Below, piece after piece: positions 40,901 through 52,869 of a DNA stretch of 64,000 bases; positions within the stretch are counted from its first letter, which is position 1, and each line of letters begins with the position of its first letter. The stretch is from assembly GCA_002269645.1 (NCBI GenBank), contig NIVC01002886.1, forward strand, positions 1 to 64,000. Direction: 5' to 3'. A model generated the notes under the pieces. That model saw nothing but the letters and a program-made list of their open reading frames with translations. It had not been told where the DNA came from and ran no database searches. This stretch comes from Macrostomum lignano (taxonomy: Eukaryota). Made by a program: the position numbers and the translations under genes.

Positions 40901-43900
40901 TGAAGCTGCTGCTGCGCTACGAGGGCGACATCAGCGTGCCCACGAAATTCGTGAGAAAGCGGCTTCTTTGACGGCATAGAATTGTTGGTGCTGGCTGCGG
41001 GCACAAAGCCAACATGGATCAGACCGCTGATTGAAGCATATCTGAAATTTCTTTTCAGACTGCGGAGACGCCGCTGCACTATTGCGCCAGATCGGGCAAT
41101 GAGGACATCCTGCTGGAGATTGTCAAATTTCTTGACCACAGGGTCCAGCTGGTGGTCAACAGGCAGTCGTCGGTGAGGAAGGCTACTCCTAAGCTCCTAA
41201 GCTTCATCAGAGCTTTATCTCAGCTCCCTCCCAGCTCCATCCCAGCTCCATCCAAGCTCCATCCCAGCTCCATCCAAGCTCTATCCAAGCTCCATCCAAG
41301 CTCCATCCAAGCTCCATCCAAGCTCCATCCAAGCTCCATCCAAGCTCCATCCCAGCTCCATCCAAGCTCCATCCAAGCTCTATCCAAGCTCCATCCAAGC
41401 TCCATCCAAGCTCCATCCAAGCTCCATCCCAGCTCCATCCAAGCTCCATCCAAGCTCTATCCAAGCTCCATCCAAGCTCCATCCAAGCTCCATCCAAGCT
41501 CCGTCCCAGCTCCATCCAAGCTCTATCCAAGCTCCATCCAAGCTCCATCCAAGCTCCATCCCAGCTCCATCCAAGCTCTATCCAAGCTCCATCCAAGCTC
41601 CATCCAAGCTCTATCCAAGCTCCATCCAAGCTCCATCCAAGCTCCATCCAAGCTCCATCCAAGCTCCATCCAAGCTCTATCCAAGCTCCATCCAAGCTCC
41701 ATCCAAGCTCCATCCCAGCTCCATCCAAGCTCTATCCAAGCTCCATCCAAGCTCCATCCAAGCTCCATCCAAGCTCCATCCAAGCTCTATCCAAGCTCCA
41801 TCCAAGCTCCATCCAAGCTCTATCCAAGCTCCATCCAAGCTCCATCCAAGCTCCATCCCAGCTCCATCCAAGCTCTATCCAAGCTCTATCCAAGCTCCAT
41901 CCAAGCTCCATCCAAGCTCCATCCAAGCTCCATCCAAGCTCCATCCAAGCTCCATCCAAGCTCTATCCAAGCTCCATCCAAGCTCCATCCAAGCTCCATC
42001 CAAGCTCCATCCCAGCTCCATCCAAGCTCTATCCAAGCTCCATCCAAGCTCCATCCAAGCTCCATCCCAGCTCCATCCAAGCTTTATCCAAGCTCCATCC
42101 AAGCTCCATCCAAGCTCTATCCAAGCTCCATCCAAGCTCCATCCAAGCTCCATCCCAGCTCCATCCAAGCTCTATCCCAGCTCCATCCAAGCTCCATCCA
42201 AGGTCTATCCAAGCTCCATCCAAGCTCCATCCCAGCTCCATCCCAGCTCCATCCAAGCTCTATCCAAGGTCTATCCAAGCTCCATCCAAGCTCCATCCCA
42301 GCTCCATCCCAGCTCCATCCCAGCTCCATCCCAGCTCCATCCCAGCTCCATCCAAGCTCCATCCAAGCTCTATCCAAGGTCTATCCAAGCTCTATCCAAG
42401 GTCTATCCAAGCTCCATCCCAGCTCCATCCCAGCTCCGTCCCAGCTCCATCCAAGCTCCATCCAAGCTCCATCCCAGCTCCATCCAAGCTCCATCCAAGC
42501 TCCATCCAAGCTCCATCCAAGCTCTGTTTAACTCAATTTCACGCTACGTACACAAAAGCTGCGTTATCTGCTCCAATTTCTCTGCATGCACCCAATTCAG
42601 TAGTTTGTAAACATTCCCTAAAGTTTTCCACATTCTCATGCCCAACTCAGCATAAACAGAACAAACCGACTCACTCCCTCCCAAATCGCTACAGAATGGC
42701 TGGTCGCCTTTGCTCATCGCCAGCGACTGCGGCCGGGAGGGCATCGTGCAGATCCTGTTAAAGAAGCACGCTAGAGTTGATGTGTTCGACACGGTGAGTG
42801 GCGCTTTGGATCCGGGCGCCTTTTAGAAACTTTTTACTACTTTTTATTAGCAGCCTCTTCTGGAGCACTCCAATGACTCTTCTGGAGCACTCCAATGACT
42901 CTTCTGGAAGACTCCAATGACTCTTCTGGAGCACTCCAATGACTCTTCTGGAAGACTCCAATGACTCTTCTGGAAGACTCCAATGACTCTTCTGGAGCAC
43001 TCCAATGACTCTTCTGGAAGACTCCAATGACTCTTCTGGAGCACTCCAATGACTCTTCTGGAAGACTCCAATGACTCTTCTGGAAGACTCCAATGACTCT
43101 TCTGGAGCACTCCAATGACTCTTCTGGAGCACTCCAATGACTCTTCTGGAAGACTCCAATGACTCTTCTGGAAGACTCCAATGACTCTTCTGGAAGACTC
43201 CAATGACTCTTCTGGAAGACTCCAATGACTCTTCTGGAGCACTCCAATGACTCTTCTGGAGCACTCCAATGACTCTTCTGGAGCACTCCAATGACTCTTC
43301 TGGAAGACTCCAATGACTCTTCTGGAAGACTCCAATGACTCTTCTGGAAGACTCCAATGACTCTTCTGGAACACTCCAATGACTCTTCTGGAAGACTCCA
43401 ATGACTCTTCTGGAACATTCCAATGACTCTTCTGGAACAGTCCAATGACTCTTCTGGAACAGTCCAATGACACTTCTGGAAGAATTCAATGACTCTTCTG
43501 GAAGACTTCAATGACTCTTCTGGAAGACTTCAATGACTCTTCTGGAACGCTCCTATGAGTCTTCTGGCAAATGTGACTTCTCTCATTCCAGAAAGGATTC
43601 GCCGCGCTGCACCTGGCTGCCAAGAACAACCACGCCAATGTGGTCCGCAGCCTGCTCCGCATGAACGCTTTCGTGAACGCCAAGAGCAAGGAGTGCTACA
43701 CACCGCTGCACCTGGCCGCCCAGGAGGGCCACAACGAGGTGGTGAAACTGCTTCTCAAACAGGATGGCGTGGAGGTGGACGCCAGGACTCTGGTGAGTGC
43801 GTTACTCACTTTACTTCAGTCCTAATTTAGTCACTTCAATCCTAATTTAGTCACTTCAGTCCTAATTTAGTCACTTCAGTCCTAATTTAGTCACTTCAGT

Positions 43901-46900
43901 CCTAATTTAGTCACTTCAGTCCTAATTTAGTCACTTCAGTCCTAATTTAGTCACTTCAGTCCTAATTTAGTCACTTCAGTCCTAATTTAGTCACTTCAAT
44001 CCTAATTTAGTCACTTCAGTCCTAATTTAGTCACTTCAGTCCTAATTTATTCACTTCAGTCCTAATTTAGTCACTTCAGTCCTAATTTAGTCACTTCAAT
44101 CCTAATTTAGTCACTTCAGTCCTAATTTAGTCACTTCAGTCCTAATTTAGTCACTTCAGTCCTAATTTAGTCACTTCAGTCCTAATTTAGTCACTTCAGT
44201 CCTAATTTAGTGTCTTTACAGTTTTTTTCTGTCACTGCAGCATTCAAAGACGCCACTGCACCTGGCTGCTCAGAGGGGCCACAAAGAGGTCTGCGAGACC
44301 CTTGTCGATCACAATGCCGACACAAAAGCTACCGACAATGTAAGGCGTTAATTTTCAGTGAATATATAGTTATTCAAGCTCTATAATTGTAATTTTTTGT
44401 ATATTTGCGTCAACTTCTGCAGAACGGCCAGACTCCCTTACATCTGGCCGCTGAGCACGACAAGTCTCACGTTGTGAAAATGTTCCTGCGAAAGAAAGAC
44501 ATTGTGACTCTGGCCAGTGCGGTAAGACTTCTTATTTGCTCTGGATGTGGCAGAGACTCAAATAATTTATAGTTGGCTATGAGCGTTTTACTCTATTCTG
44601 ATTGGCTCTGGGTGTGTTCATGAGTTCTGATTGGCTCTCAGTGTGCTCACGAGAATTTACTCGCTTCTGATTGGCTCTGAGTGTGTTCACGAGAATTTAC
44701 TCGGTTTGGATTGGCTCTGAGTGTGTTCTCGAGAATTTACTCGGTTCTGATTGGCTCTGAGTGTGTTCACGAGAATTTACTCGGTTCTGATTGGCTCTCA
44801 GTGTGTTCACGAGAATTTACTCGCTTCTGATTGGCTCTGAGTGTGTTCACGAGAATTTACTCGCTTCTGATTGGCTCTGAGTGTGTTCACGAGAATTTAC
44901 TCGCTTCTGATTGGCTCTGAGTGTGTTCACGAGTTCTGATTGGCTCTGGGACTTGTAAAAGATATTTAAATCGATTCTGATATACTCAAGTTTATACGAA
45001 CTGCAAGTGAATATTGTCTAAACAATTATAGCTAACAATAAATCCCAAAAAAATCGTTACAACTTTTCAGGATGACGTACGTTTTAATGGCTTAGCTAAT
45101 TCCTAAGCTGTTGCTTTTAGTCATGTTAATTTAAGTTAAATCAATCACAAAATTTAAGTTTCTTGATGCACTTCAATCCTTTGCCTTTGCTGCTTTCAGT
45201 TATTTTATGATTAGTTGCCGTCCTGAGGTTCTCAGGCACACCAGTTGCAGAAGTTGCAAATGCAGAAATTTATGTCCAACTCCATGCTAGAACCCGACTC
45301 TCACTCTCTTCACTGGCAATCTGCCTCGCTCTCTTAATCTTGTAATCTGACTCTCACTCTCTCCCTCGCAATATTACTCTCACCCCGCCTCTCTCTCTCA
45401 GTGTCTCGCAATCTGACTCTCCACCTCTCTCTCCGTCTCGCAATCTTATCTTATCAGACCCTCACTCTCTCCTAAAGATACCTCAGTCTATTGCCAGTAG
45501 TGGCACCATCTATTTAGTGGCACAGACGGACCCAATAAGTAGCCCTACTGACCTACCCATCATTACTTATTCCCCATCGTCCGTAACCTTTGCAGAAAGG
45601 CATGACCTGCGCCCACATCGCGGCCAGCAAGGGTAGCATCTCTGTGATCAACGAGCTACTCAGATCGAACAGGAGCCTCCTGTGCACGGGGAAGATCAAA
45701 ACGAATGGATGCACCGCCTTGCACCTGGCCGCTCAGGAGGGACACGAGAAGGTCGTTCGGCTTTTGGTCGAGGCCGGGGCGTCGCCGTCCGAGGAGAACT
45801 CTGAGGGCCTGACCCCGCTGCACCTGGCCGCTCAGAGTGGGCACTCCAAGGTGTGGGAGAGTTGGGTGGCTAGAGTGGGTGGGGTAGAGTGGGTTGGGTA
45901 GAGTGGGTTGGATAGAGTGGGTTGGGTAGAGTGGGTTGAGTAGATTGGGTTGGGTAGAGTGAGTTGGGTAGAGTGGGTTGGATAGAGTGGATTGGGTAGA
46001 GTGGGTTGGATAGAGTGGGTTGGGTAGAGTGGGTGGGGTAGAGTGGGTTGGGTAGAGTGGGTTGGGTAGAGTGGGTTGGGTAGAGTGGGTTGGGTAGAGT
46101 GGGTTGGGTAGAGTGGGTTGGGTAGAGTGGGTTGGGTAGAGTGGGTTGGGTAGAGTGGGTTGGGTAGAGTGGGTTGGGTAGAGTGGGTTGAGAAGATTGG
46201 GTTGGGTAGATTGGGTTGGGTAGATTGGGTTGGGTAGAGTGGGTTGGGTAGAGTGGGTTGGGTAGATTGGGTTGGGTAGAGTGGGTTAGGTACCGTTAAT
46301 TTGGTAGAGTGGGTGAGATATAGTAGTTTGGTAGAGTGGGTGAGATATAGTACGAGTAGTTTGGTAGAGTGAGTGAGATATAGTAGTTTGGTAGAGTGAG
46401 TTTAAGTGGGCGGGAGCATAAAGTGTTACAGTAGAGAAGGCAAGGGCAGCAATGCATTGATGGTGAAAGACTTATAATATTCGCATCAATTATTCAACCC
46501 CTCAATCGATCTGTTCCAATCCAGGTGCTGCAAGCCCTGAAGGAGAAGGTGGACCTGCGAATCGCTTCGAAGAAGTCCGGCCTAACGCCGCTGCACATCG
46601 CTGCGCACGCCGGCAAGCAGGAGTTCGTGCAGGAGATTCTCACCAAGGTGCCCGCAAATTTGGCCTCATTGAAGCCGAAGGACCACAGTCTGGTCAAGGA
46701 AATGGTTGCTGACGTGAGCTCAGTTTTAAATGTTACTGTGGCTATTTCGAACTCTGGGCCTTCTCTGTAGTTTTGGGCCGATACTGTCCCATGACATAAT
46801 AGTGTTGCTTCCTACTAACTATTGATTTCCAGTACGGATTCACACCGCTTCACCTGGCCAGCCAGAGCGGCCACGAGAGCCTGGTCAGGTACCTGCTGAA

Positions 46901-49900
46901 TAGCACCGGGGTCAAAGTGGACTCGGCCACTATCAAGCACGTAAGTCTAAAATGCAAATCATTAATAATTGGCATGTTGATTCCCGGACTCAAATTCGAT
47001 CTCGCCTCTACCTCTGAACCAATCAGGGCATGATTCCCTTGCACCTGGCCGCCCAGAACGGCCAGACTAACGTTGCCAGCTTGCTGCTGAGCCGAGGAAC
47101 CAATCAGGTGCGGCTGGCCGACAGCCACGGGCGAACCTCGCTGCACTGGGCGGCCAACAAAGGCCACTACGATATGGCCGCGCTGTTGGTTGGTCAGGGC
47201 GGCGACGTTAACTGCAGGGACCAGGTGATCTCGGGGAAGACTTCCGACCACTGACTGATTGATTACTATTATATGTGCTTACAACCTCACTCCTTAATTG
47301 CATCCACCACCTCACTCCTTAATTGCACCCAACACCTCACTCCTTTATTTGCATCCACAACCTCACTCCTTAATTGCATCCGCCACCTCACTCCTTAATT
47401 GCATCCGCCACCTCACTCCTTAAATGCACCCACCACCTCACTCCTTAAATGCACCCACCACCTCACTCCTTAAATGCACCCACCACCTCACTCCTTAAAT
47501 GCACCCACCACCTCACTTCTTAAATGCACCCACCACCTCACTCCTTAAATGCACCCACCACCTCACTCCTTAAATGCACCCACCACCTCACTTCTTAAAT
47601 GCACCCACCACCTCACTTCTTAAATGCACCCACCACCTCACTCCTTCATTGCATCCACCACCTCACTCCTGTATTGCATCCACCACCTCACTCCTTAAAT
47701 GCCCCCCACCTCACTCCTGTATTGCATCCATCAACTCACTCCTTCATTGCATCCATCACCTCACTACTTAATTGCACCCCCACCTCACTCCTTAAATGCC
47801 CCCACCTCACTCCTTAAATGCCCCCACCTCACTCCTTAAATGCACCCACCACCTCACTCTTCAATTGTGTGCATCTACGAATTCACTCATCATGCCAATC
47901 CCACATCTCGAACGTGAAAAACCTTTTTCATTCCATCCGCCGACACATCCATGAGTATCCACCCAATAACCACTAGAAGTAACGATGTTATCTGTGATAA
48001 AACGGTAACTTCTAGAGGTCCTTGAATCCACCACTTCACCAAAGTCAAACACCAAACCGAACCCGACAGAACAACTGGACACCGTTGCACTACGCGGCTA
48101 AGATGGGCCACCTTCGTGTAGTTCAGCTACTAATAGACTCCAAAGCCAATTGCGAAGCTGAGACCAAGGACGGGAAGCTTCCGGTTGCCTTCGCAGCCGA
48201 GAGCAACCACGTGGCTGTGGTCAGCTTCCTGTTAAAAGAGCGGCACAACACCGCCCACCTGATGGAGGACTGGAAGTTTCTGTACGACATCATGCAGTGC
48301 AGCAAGGTAACATTCTATAAAATAATATTTTAACAATAAAGATATTATTACACGTGATAGCATGTAGGTGTTAAAATTTTCGCCTTGGTGGCTGGACCCA
48401 AACAGAGGAGTGAGGTGATGGGTGCAAGTGAAGAGTGAGGTGGTGGTGCAATTGAGGAGTAAGGTGGTGGATGCAATTGAGGAGTGGGGTGGTGGGTGCA
48501 AGTGAAGAGTGAGGTGGCGGTGCAATTGAGGAGTGGGGTGGTGGGCGCAAGTGAAGAGTGAGGTGGTGGTGCAATCGAGGAGTGGGGTGGCGGGCGCAAG
48601 TGAAGAGTGAGGTGGTGGTGCAATTAAGTAGTTGGGGTGGTGGGTGCAAGTGAAGAGTGAGGTGGTGGGTGCAATTAAGTAGTTGGGGTGGCGGGTGCAA
48701 GTGAAGAGTGAGGTGGTGGTGCAATTGAGGAGTGGGGGTGGTGGGTGCAAGTGAAGAGTGAGGTGGTGGTGCAATTAATGAGTGGGGGTGGCGGGCGCAA
48801 GTGAAGAGTGAGGTGGTGGTGCAATTGAGGAGTGGGGGTGGTGGGTGCAAGTGAAGAGTGAGGTAGTGGTGCAATTGAAAAGTGGGGGTGGTGGGTGCAA
48901 GTGAAGAGTGGTTAATGGCGCTAAGCAGCAGTTCAGAGAGACCTGCCTGTCCTTCGGTGAGGAGGATTGAGACGAGGTTCCTCCTCGGGTCAGTGCCATT
49001 ACGAAGCCAATAAAAAGCAATAAAATTTGATTCACTCGCAGGCAAGCGGCAACAAGACTGTGGAGGAGTTCATTCTGGCATCGCCGGCTCCAGCCGAGAC
49101 TGCCGCTAAGCTGTCGCGCAAATTCCAGATACTCTCCGAACGAGAGAAGGAGCGCGCCAAGGAGCTGATGCTGATCGGCAAGCACTGCGAGCTGATGTGC
49201 GCCGAGCTGGTCGCTGTGGCGTCAACAGAGAACGGCAGCGAAGGCGCCGCCAGCCTATTAAAAGCGGTGGACAGCCGCGGCGTGCAGTTTCTGGACATCC
49301 TACTAGAGACGGAGCAGAAGGAGGTGATCGCTCATCCGGCTGTTCAGCGGTACCTCACCGACCTGTGGAAAGGCAACCTGGATTGGCCCACCTGGAAATT
49401 CCTGTTGCTATTTACCGTATTCCTCCTCCTGCCTCCAGTCATGATGGTGTTCAGCCTGCCTTGGCGGCGGTACCGGTACCAGCGCAAGCCGGTGATCAAG
49501 TTCATCGCCTACCTGATCGCGCACTTCCACCTGATTGCCCTATTCATGCTGGTAGCTATTGAGCCCGGCTGGCTGGGCTATCCGTATTGGACTCGACACG
49601 ACCTCATACCCACCTGGGTGGAGTGCCTCCTGCTGCTGTGGCTCAGCGGCCAGCTCGTCTCCGAGCTCACTAATCCGGCCGATCGATCGGGACTGGGCAT
49701 TTTCAAGGTATGCAGACTTTGGCATTAGTAAGAGATTAGTAAGATATGCAGTGAGCAGGATTAGTGGTAAATGCCCATCGGCATCGCAGATTTAAGCCAT
49801 CGATAAAAGGCAAAGTGAAGAGAAAGTGCGCTCGTAGATTAATTTGCCAAGCCAAGTCCTGAGCAGATGCATCAGAGAAGAACATTGGGCTTTGATGAGT

Positions 49901-52393
49901 CTTATTCTCGCTTACTGGTGATCTGGTAATCTTAATAGAAAAAGCCCTTCCACATACTCAATAACCAGGCTGACAAAACTGTAAAACCATCATCCAGGTA
50001 TTCGTAGTCGGCATCTCGGCAGTCGGTGTGGTCACCCACCTGGTGGCGTTCATCTTCCCGTACGGATCGAACCAGCGGCTCGATACCCTGTTCGCCCGCA
50101 ATCAGCTCTTCGCCTTCGCTACTCTCCTGTGCTTCGTGGTATTCCTGGAATTTCTCACCTTTCACCACCAGTTCGGACCGTGGTCCATCATCATCCGGGA
50201 TATCATGCGCGACCTGATGCGCTTCCTGGTGATGCTGGCACTATTCGTCTTGGGCTTCACGCTGCAGCTGCGCTCCACATACGTTGCCGTGTACGCGCCG
50301 CAGACGTCATCCGCTCTGGCCTTGGTGAACAAGGACCTCATAGCATCCTTCGAGGAGCTTTTCTTCGCCCTGTTCGGCTTCATCGAGCCGGACAACCAGC
50401 CCAACTTGGCATTGGCTCCGCCGTGGGCCGCCACGCTGGTGAAAATTCTATTTGGCGGCCACCTGGTTGTGTGCATCATAGTGCTGGTCAACCTGCTCAT
50501 CGCGATGATGACCGACACCTACCAGCGAATACAGACCGAGTCAGACACCGAGTGGAAGTTCGGCCGGGCCAAGCTGATCCGCAACATGAACAAGACCAGC
50601 CCGACGCCCACGCCGCTGATTCTGTTCACCCAAATGTTCACCGTGCTTCGGAACGCCTCTCAGAAGGGCCGCTCGCAGCATCGTTTAGGTGAATCACGGT
50701 ATCTGAGTTGACAATAGAGTAGATTAGACACGCTTGCTGTGCCCGAACTGAACAACAGGATTAGGGAACAGAATGGCTGACAAAAAGTGACAGGAAATCT
50801 CGGATTCATTCCCTAGGTCCCTGTGGCAAACGGTCACTACGATCGTCATTATTTGAAAATCTCCTCGCCTTGAAGGATTCGATGAGGACGAAGAGGCGAC
50901 AGTGGCGGACACGAGCCGACCGGATGTGGCCCAGTCGCAGGCAGCGGTGGCCGGAAGGAATCCTCGCGAGTCCTCCTCAGGTAAGAGCTCAAACTTGGAA
51001 ACTGCTGGCTGTCAGAAAGCCTCAGTGTCAGTAAAACGTATTGAATTCCAATTCGAACCGCTCTCCTTTCAGTCGCTCTAAGAATGAGCCAGGCGGCCAC
51101 TCGTCCACCGTTAATTACGACAGGTGACAAATAGACATTAGCCTACTAACCAACTAATCTGCCATTTAAGTGCCGCTTAACTCAACTAAGGGGGCTGTAG
51201 CCAAGTGGTCAGAGCGTCGGACTCAAGACTGAAAGGTCGGAGGTTCGATTCTCGACCCACTCGGAACAATTTGTGTCCTTGAGCAACCACTCAACTCTGC
51301 AGTGCTTCAGTTCACCCAGATGTAAAATGGATATCAGCATTAGCTGGGGTAATTGAGGGTCTTGGACTGAACAGCCGTACGCAGCCTTCAGATGCACCGC
51401 GCAATAGCTGCGGCTGAGCTGTCGGTTGCAAATCTTGCCATTAGGGCAGGTGTACTCGAATATTTATTACTATTATTAATAACTAATACCGATATATTCT
51501 GAAATGAGATTTACGAGCTAATATTACTTACCATGCATACTAACAAACTTCCTGAACAGTGAGTGCTTGAGGATTTGTGTCTTGACAGCAGTATTACCGG
51601 TCGAATTTCGCTTTTAACAGGTCACAATGCCCAGCCAGGTCACCTCCTAGCTGGGCAGTTCTTGAATACCTGCTGGAATTTTGTCCCCTACAGTACATTA
51701 TACGAGTGCTTCCTGAATCATGCTACTAGTAATCATATGAAATGCATCTGCTAAATGCGCCTCCATTTCAGAGTTTATTTACGACGACGGCGGAACTCGC
51801 CAGTTGTCGCAGAGCCACGGTATAAGAATTTGTGCTTACTCGATCTCACACTGTTTTAGCCTTATACCTATCTGTGCATTCTGTTTGATTAAAACCTGTC
51901 TAGACTTTTCTTCGATTCCAGTTGACTCTTAGCTGACCATATTCTGTTTGACTAACCGATATGGTTCGCGCCGTAGCTGACTGTCCATCATGTGCAGTCC
52001 ACTAATAGCTAGTGAAATTACGCGAACGTCTTCTAGGAAAACTAAGAAGCCGATCAGAAAAGTACAGAGACCTCAGTAGATGCATTGTGTTGTTTTAACT
52101 TATTTACATCTATGGCGATAGCCATTACATTAGCAGCAGTGTGAGCAATGCACTTCCAAAATCCGATTCCAGGCCTGAGCACCGGCAGGGAGCATCGAGG
52201 CCCGGTGAAACTCGAAGACGTCGTGGACTGGAAGGTGGTGATTGTCAAGTTCACCCGGATGCAGGGCGGCAGCGGCAAAGCCAACAGCGGCCCCAGCTTC
52301 GCTAGGGCTGGCAGCAGCAAAGGCAGCCGCAGGCACGGCTCCCAGATGTTGAACTCGAGCTCTCGGTTCGGTTCCCGCATCATGGACGACTAA
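31971..52393 (+). CDS. nompC: TRPN/NOMPC mechanosensitive TRP channel, 24 exons, about 1788 aa, about 29 ankyrin repeats plus channel domain
   Basis: Exons: 31971-32528, 33306-33407, 35840-35938, 36516-36626, 36699-36902, 37020-37121, 38270-38650, 39824-40048, 40696-40950, 41059-41172, 42695-42793, 43592-43792, 44241-44339, 44423-44521, 45596-45850, 46525-46713, 46833-46940, 47027-47224, 48070-48306, 49042-49707, 49998-50688, 50876-50980, 51772-51819, 52173-52393. All GT-AG; 5367 nt, open throughout. NOMPC-like motifs DKFK..ARTKDGSTLMH and PAVVETLLGFGA; S6 LVNLLIAMMTDTYQRIQ; TRP box EWKFGRAKLIRNM. Confidence 0.95.
32575..33155. repeat. 42-bp minisatellite (3 x 14-bp GCTCATAGATCGTG-type subunits), TRPN intron 1
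   Basis: Direct inspection. Confidence 0.92.
33426..34795. repeat. 14-bp minisatellite CTCTCCCTCTCGCA, TRPN intron 2
   Basis: Direct inspection. Confidence 0.95.
35448..35740 (+). mobile_element. tRNA-derived SINE copy 2
   Basis: GGGGTTGTAGTCTAATGG (A-box-like), GGTTCGATTCC (B box), shared body, AT-rich tail. Confidence 0.88.
36068..36235. repeat. 21-bp tandem repeat GAGGGTGTACACTGCCTGACA x8, TRPN intron 3
   Basis: Direct inspection. Confidence 0.95.
37245..38040. repeat. 10-bp minisatellite CCAGCTCCAT family, TRPN intron 6
   Basis: Direct inspection. Confidence 0.95.
38685..39150. repeat. 18-bp minisatellite TGCAATTAGTCTGTGGAA, TRPN intron 7
   Basis: Direct inspection. Confidence 0.95.
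39170..39516 (-). mobile_element. tRNA-derived SINE copy 3 (antisense; middle segment replaced at about 39367-39430)
   Basis: Reverse complement of the A/B-box head at 39460-39516 and of the shared body; (TTA)n tail at about 39170-39190. Confidence 0.85.
40104..40390 (+). mobile_element. tRNA-derived SINE copy 4
   Basis: GGGGTTGCAGTCTAGTGG, GAGTTCGATTCC, shared body. Confidence 0.88.
41220..42525. repeat. 10-bp minisatellite CCAAGCTCCAT family, TRPN intron 10 (same family as 37245-38040)
   Basis: Direct inspection. Confidence 0.95.
42854..43550. repeat. 22-bp minisatellite CTCCAATGACTCTTCTGGA(GC/AG)A, TRPN intron 11
   Basis: Direct inspection. Confidence 0.95.
43810..44210. repeat. 20-bp minisatellite TCACTTCAGTCCTAATTTAG x20, TRPN intron 12
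   Basis: Direct inspection. Confidence 0.96.
44595..44950. repeat. 40-bp minisatellite containing GATTGG (CCAAT box on the reverse strand), TRPN intron 14
   Basis: GTGTGTTCACGAGAATTTACTCGCTTCTGATTGGCTCTGA, about 8 copies. Confidence 0.92.
45860..46290. repeat. 14-bp G-rich minisatellite TAGAGTGGGTTGGG, TRPN intron 15
   Basis: Direct inspection. Confidence 0.95.
47282..47865 (+). repeat. About 25-bp minisatellite CCACCACCTCACTCCTTAAATGCAC, TRPN intron 18
   Basis: Direct inspection. Confidence 0.94.
48405..48910 (-). repeat. About 24/25-bp dimeric minisatellite, reverse-complement relative of 47282-47865, TRPN intron 19
   Basis: GTGCAATTGAGGAGTGGGGTGGTGG reverse-complements to CCACCACCCCACTCCTCAATTGCAC, against CCACCACCTCACTCCTTAATTGCAC in intron 18. 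Confidence 0.9.
51190..51460 (+). mobile_element. tRNA-derived SINE copy 5
   Basis: GGGGCTGTAGCCAAGTGG (A box), GGTTCGATTCT (B box), shared body. Confidence 0.87.
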
Positions 52394-52869
52394 ACTGGAC
52401 TGGTCACGCCCTGTCCAGACACTCGGCTCCACGAAAGTTTAAATTTGCACTTACCAGAACTTAATAATAATGTCTTTGTAGATTGTATCCTTTGTAATAG
52501 AAGTGACACCTGAATAGCAGCAAATAGTTTTACATTCGATGCTTTATTACCGTAGTCTATTACATGTCTATTACAAGCATATACACGGCGTTACTACAGA
52601 GTATGAAAGTATAAGCATAAAACTTAATTCACTAAAAATATTTCAACCCAGCTTTTCCATCCGAACCTGTACAGCCCAACCCCAATCCCAGCTGACTGAC
52701 ACCAATAAAATACCTTAGACTTGCATCCTGCGCTTATTCCGTTCTAACAGCATGCAGAACTTTTTATTATTGTTATTTATATGCGTCAAATATATTTTGA
52801 TAACTCCGAATGCTGCAGAACGGTTTTAGCTCCCACTTATTCTCACCTCTCTGACACTACCCCTTATTT

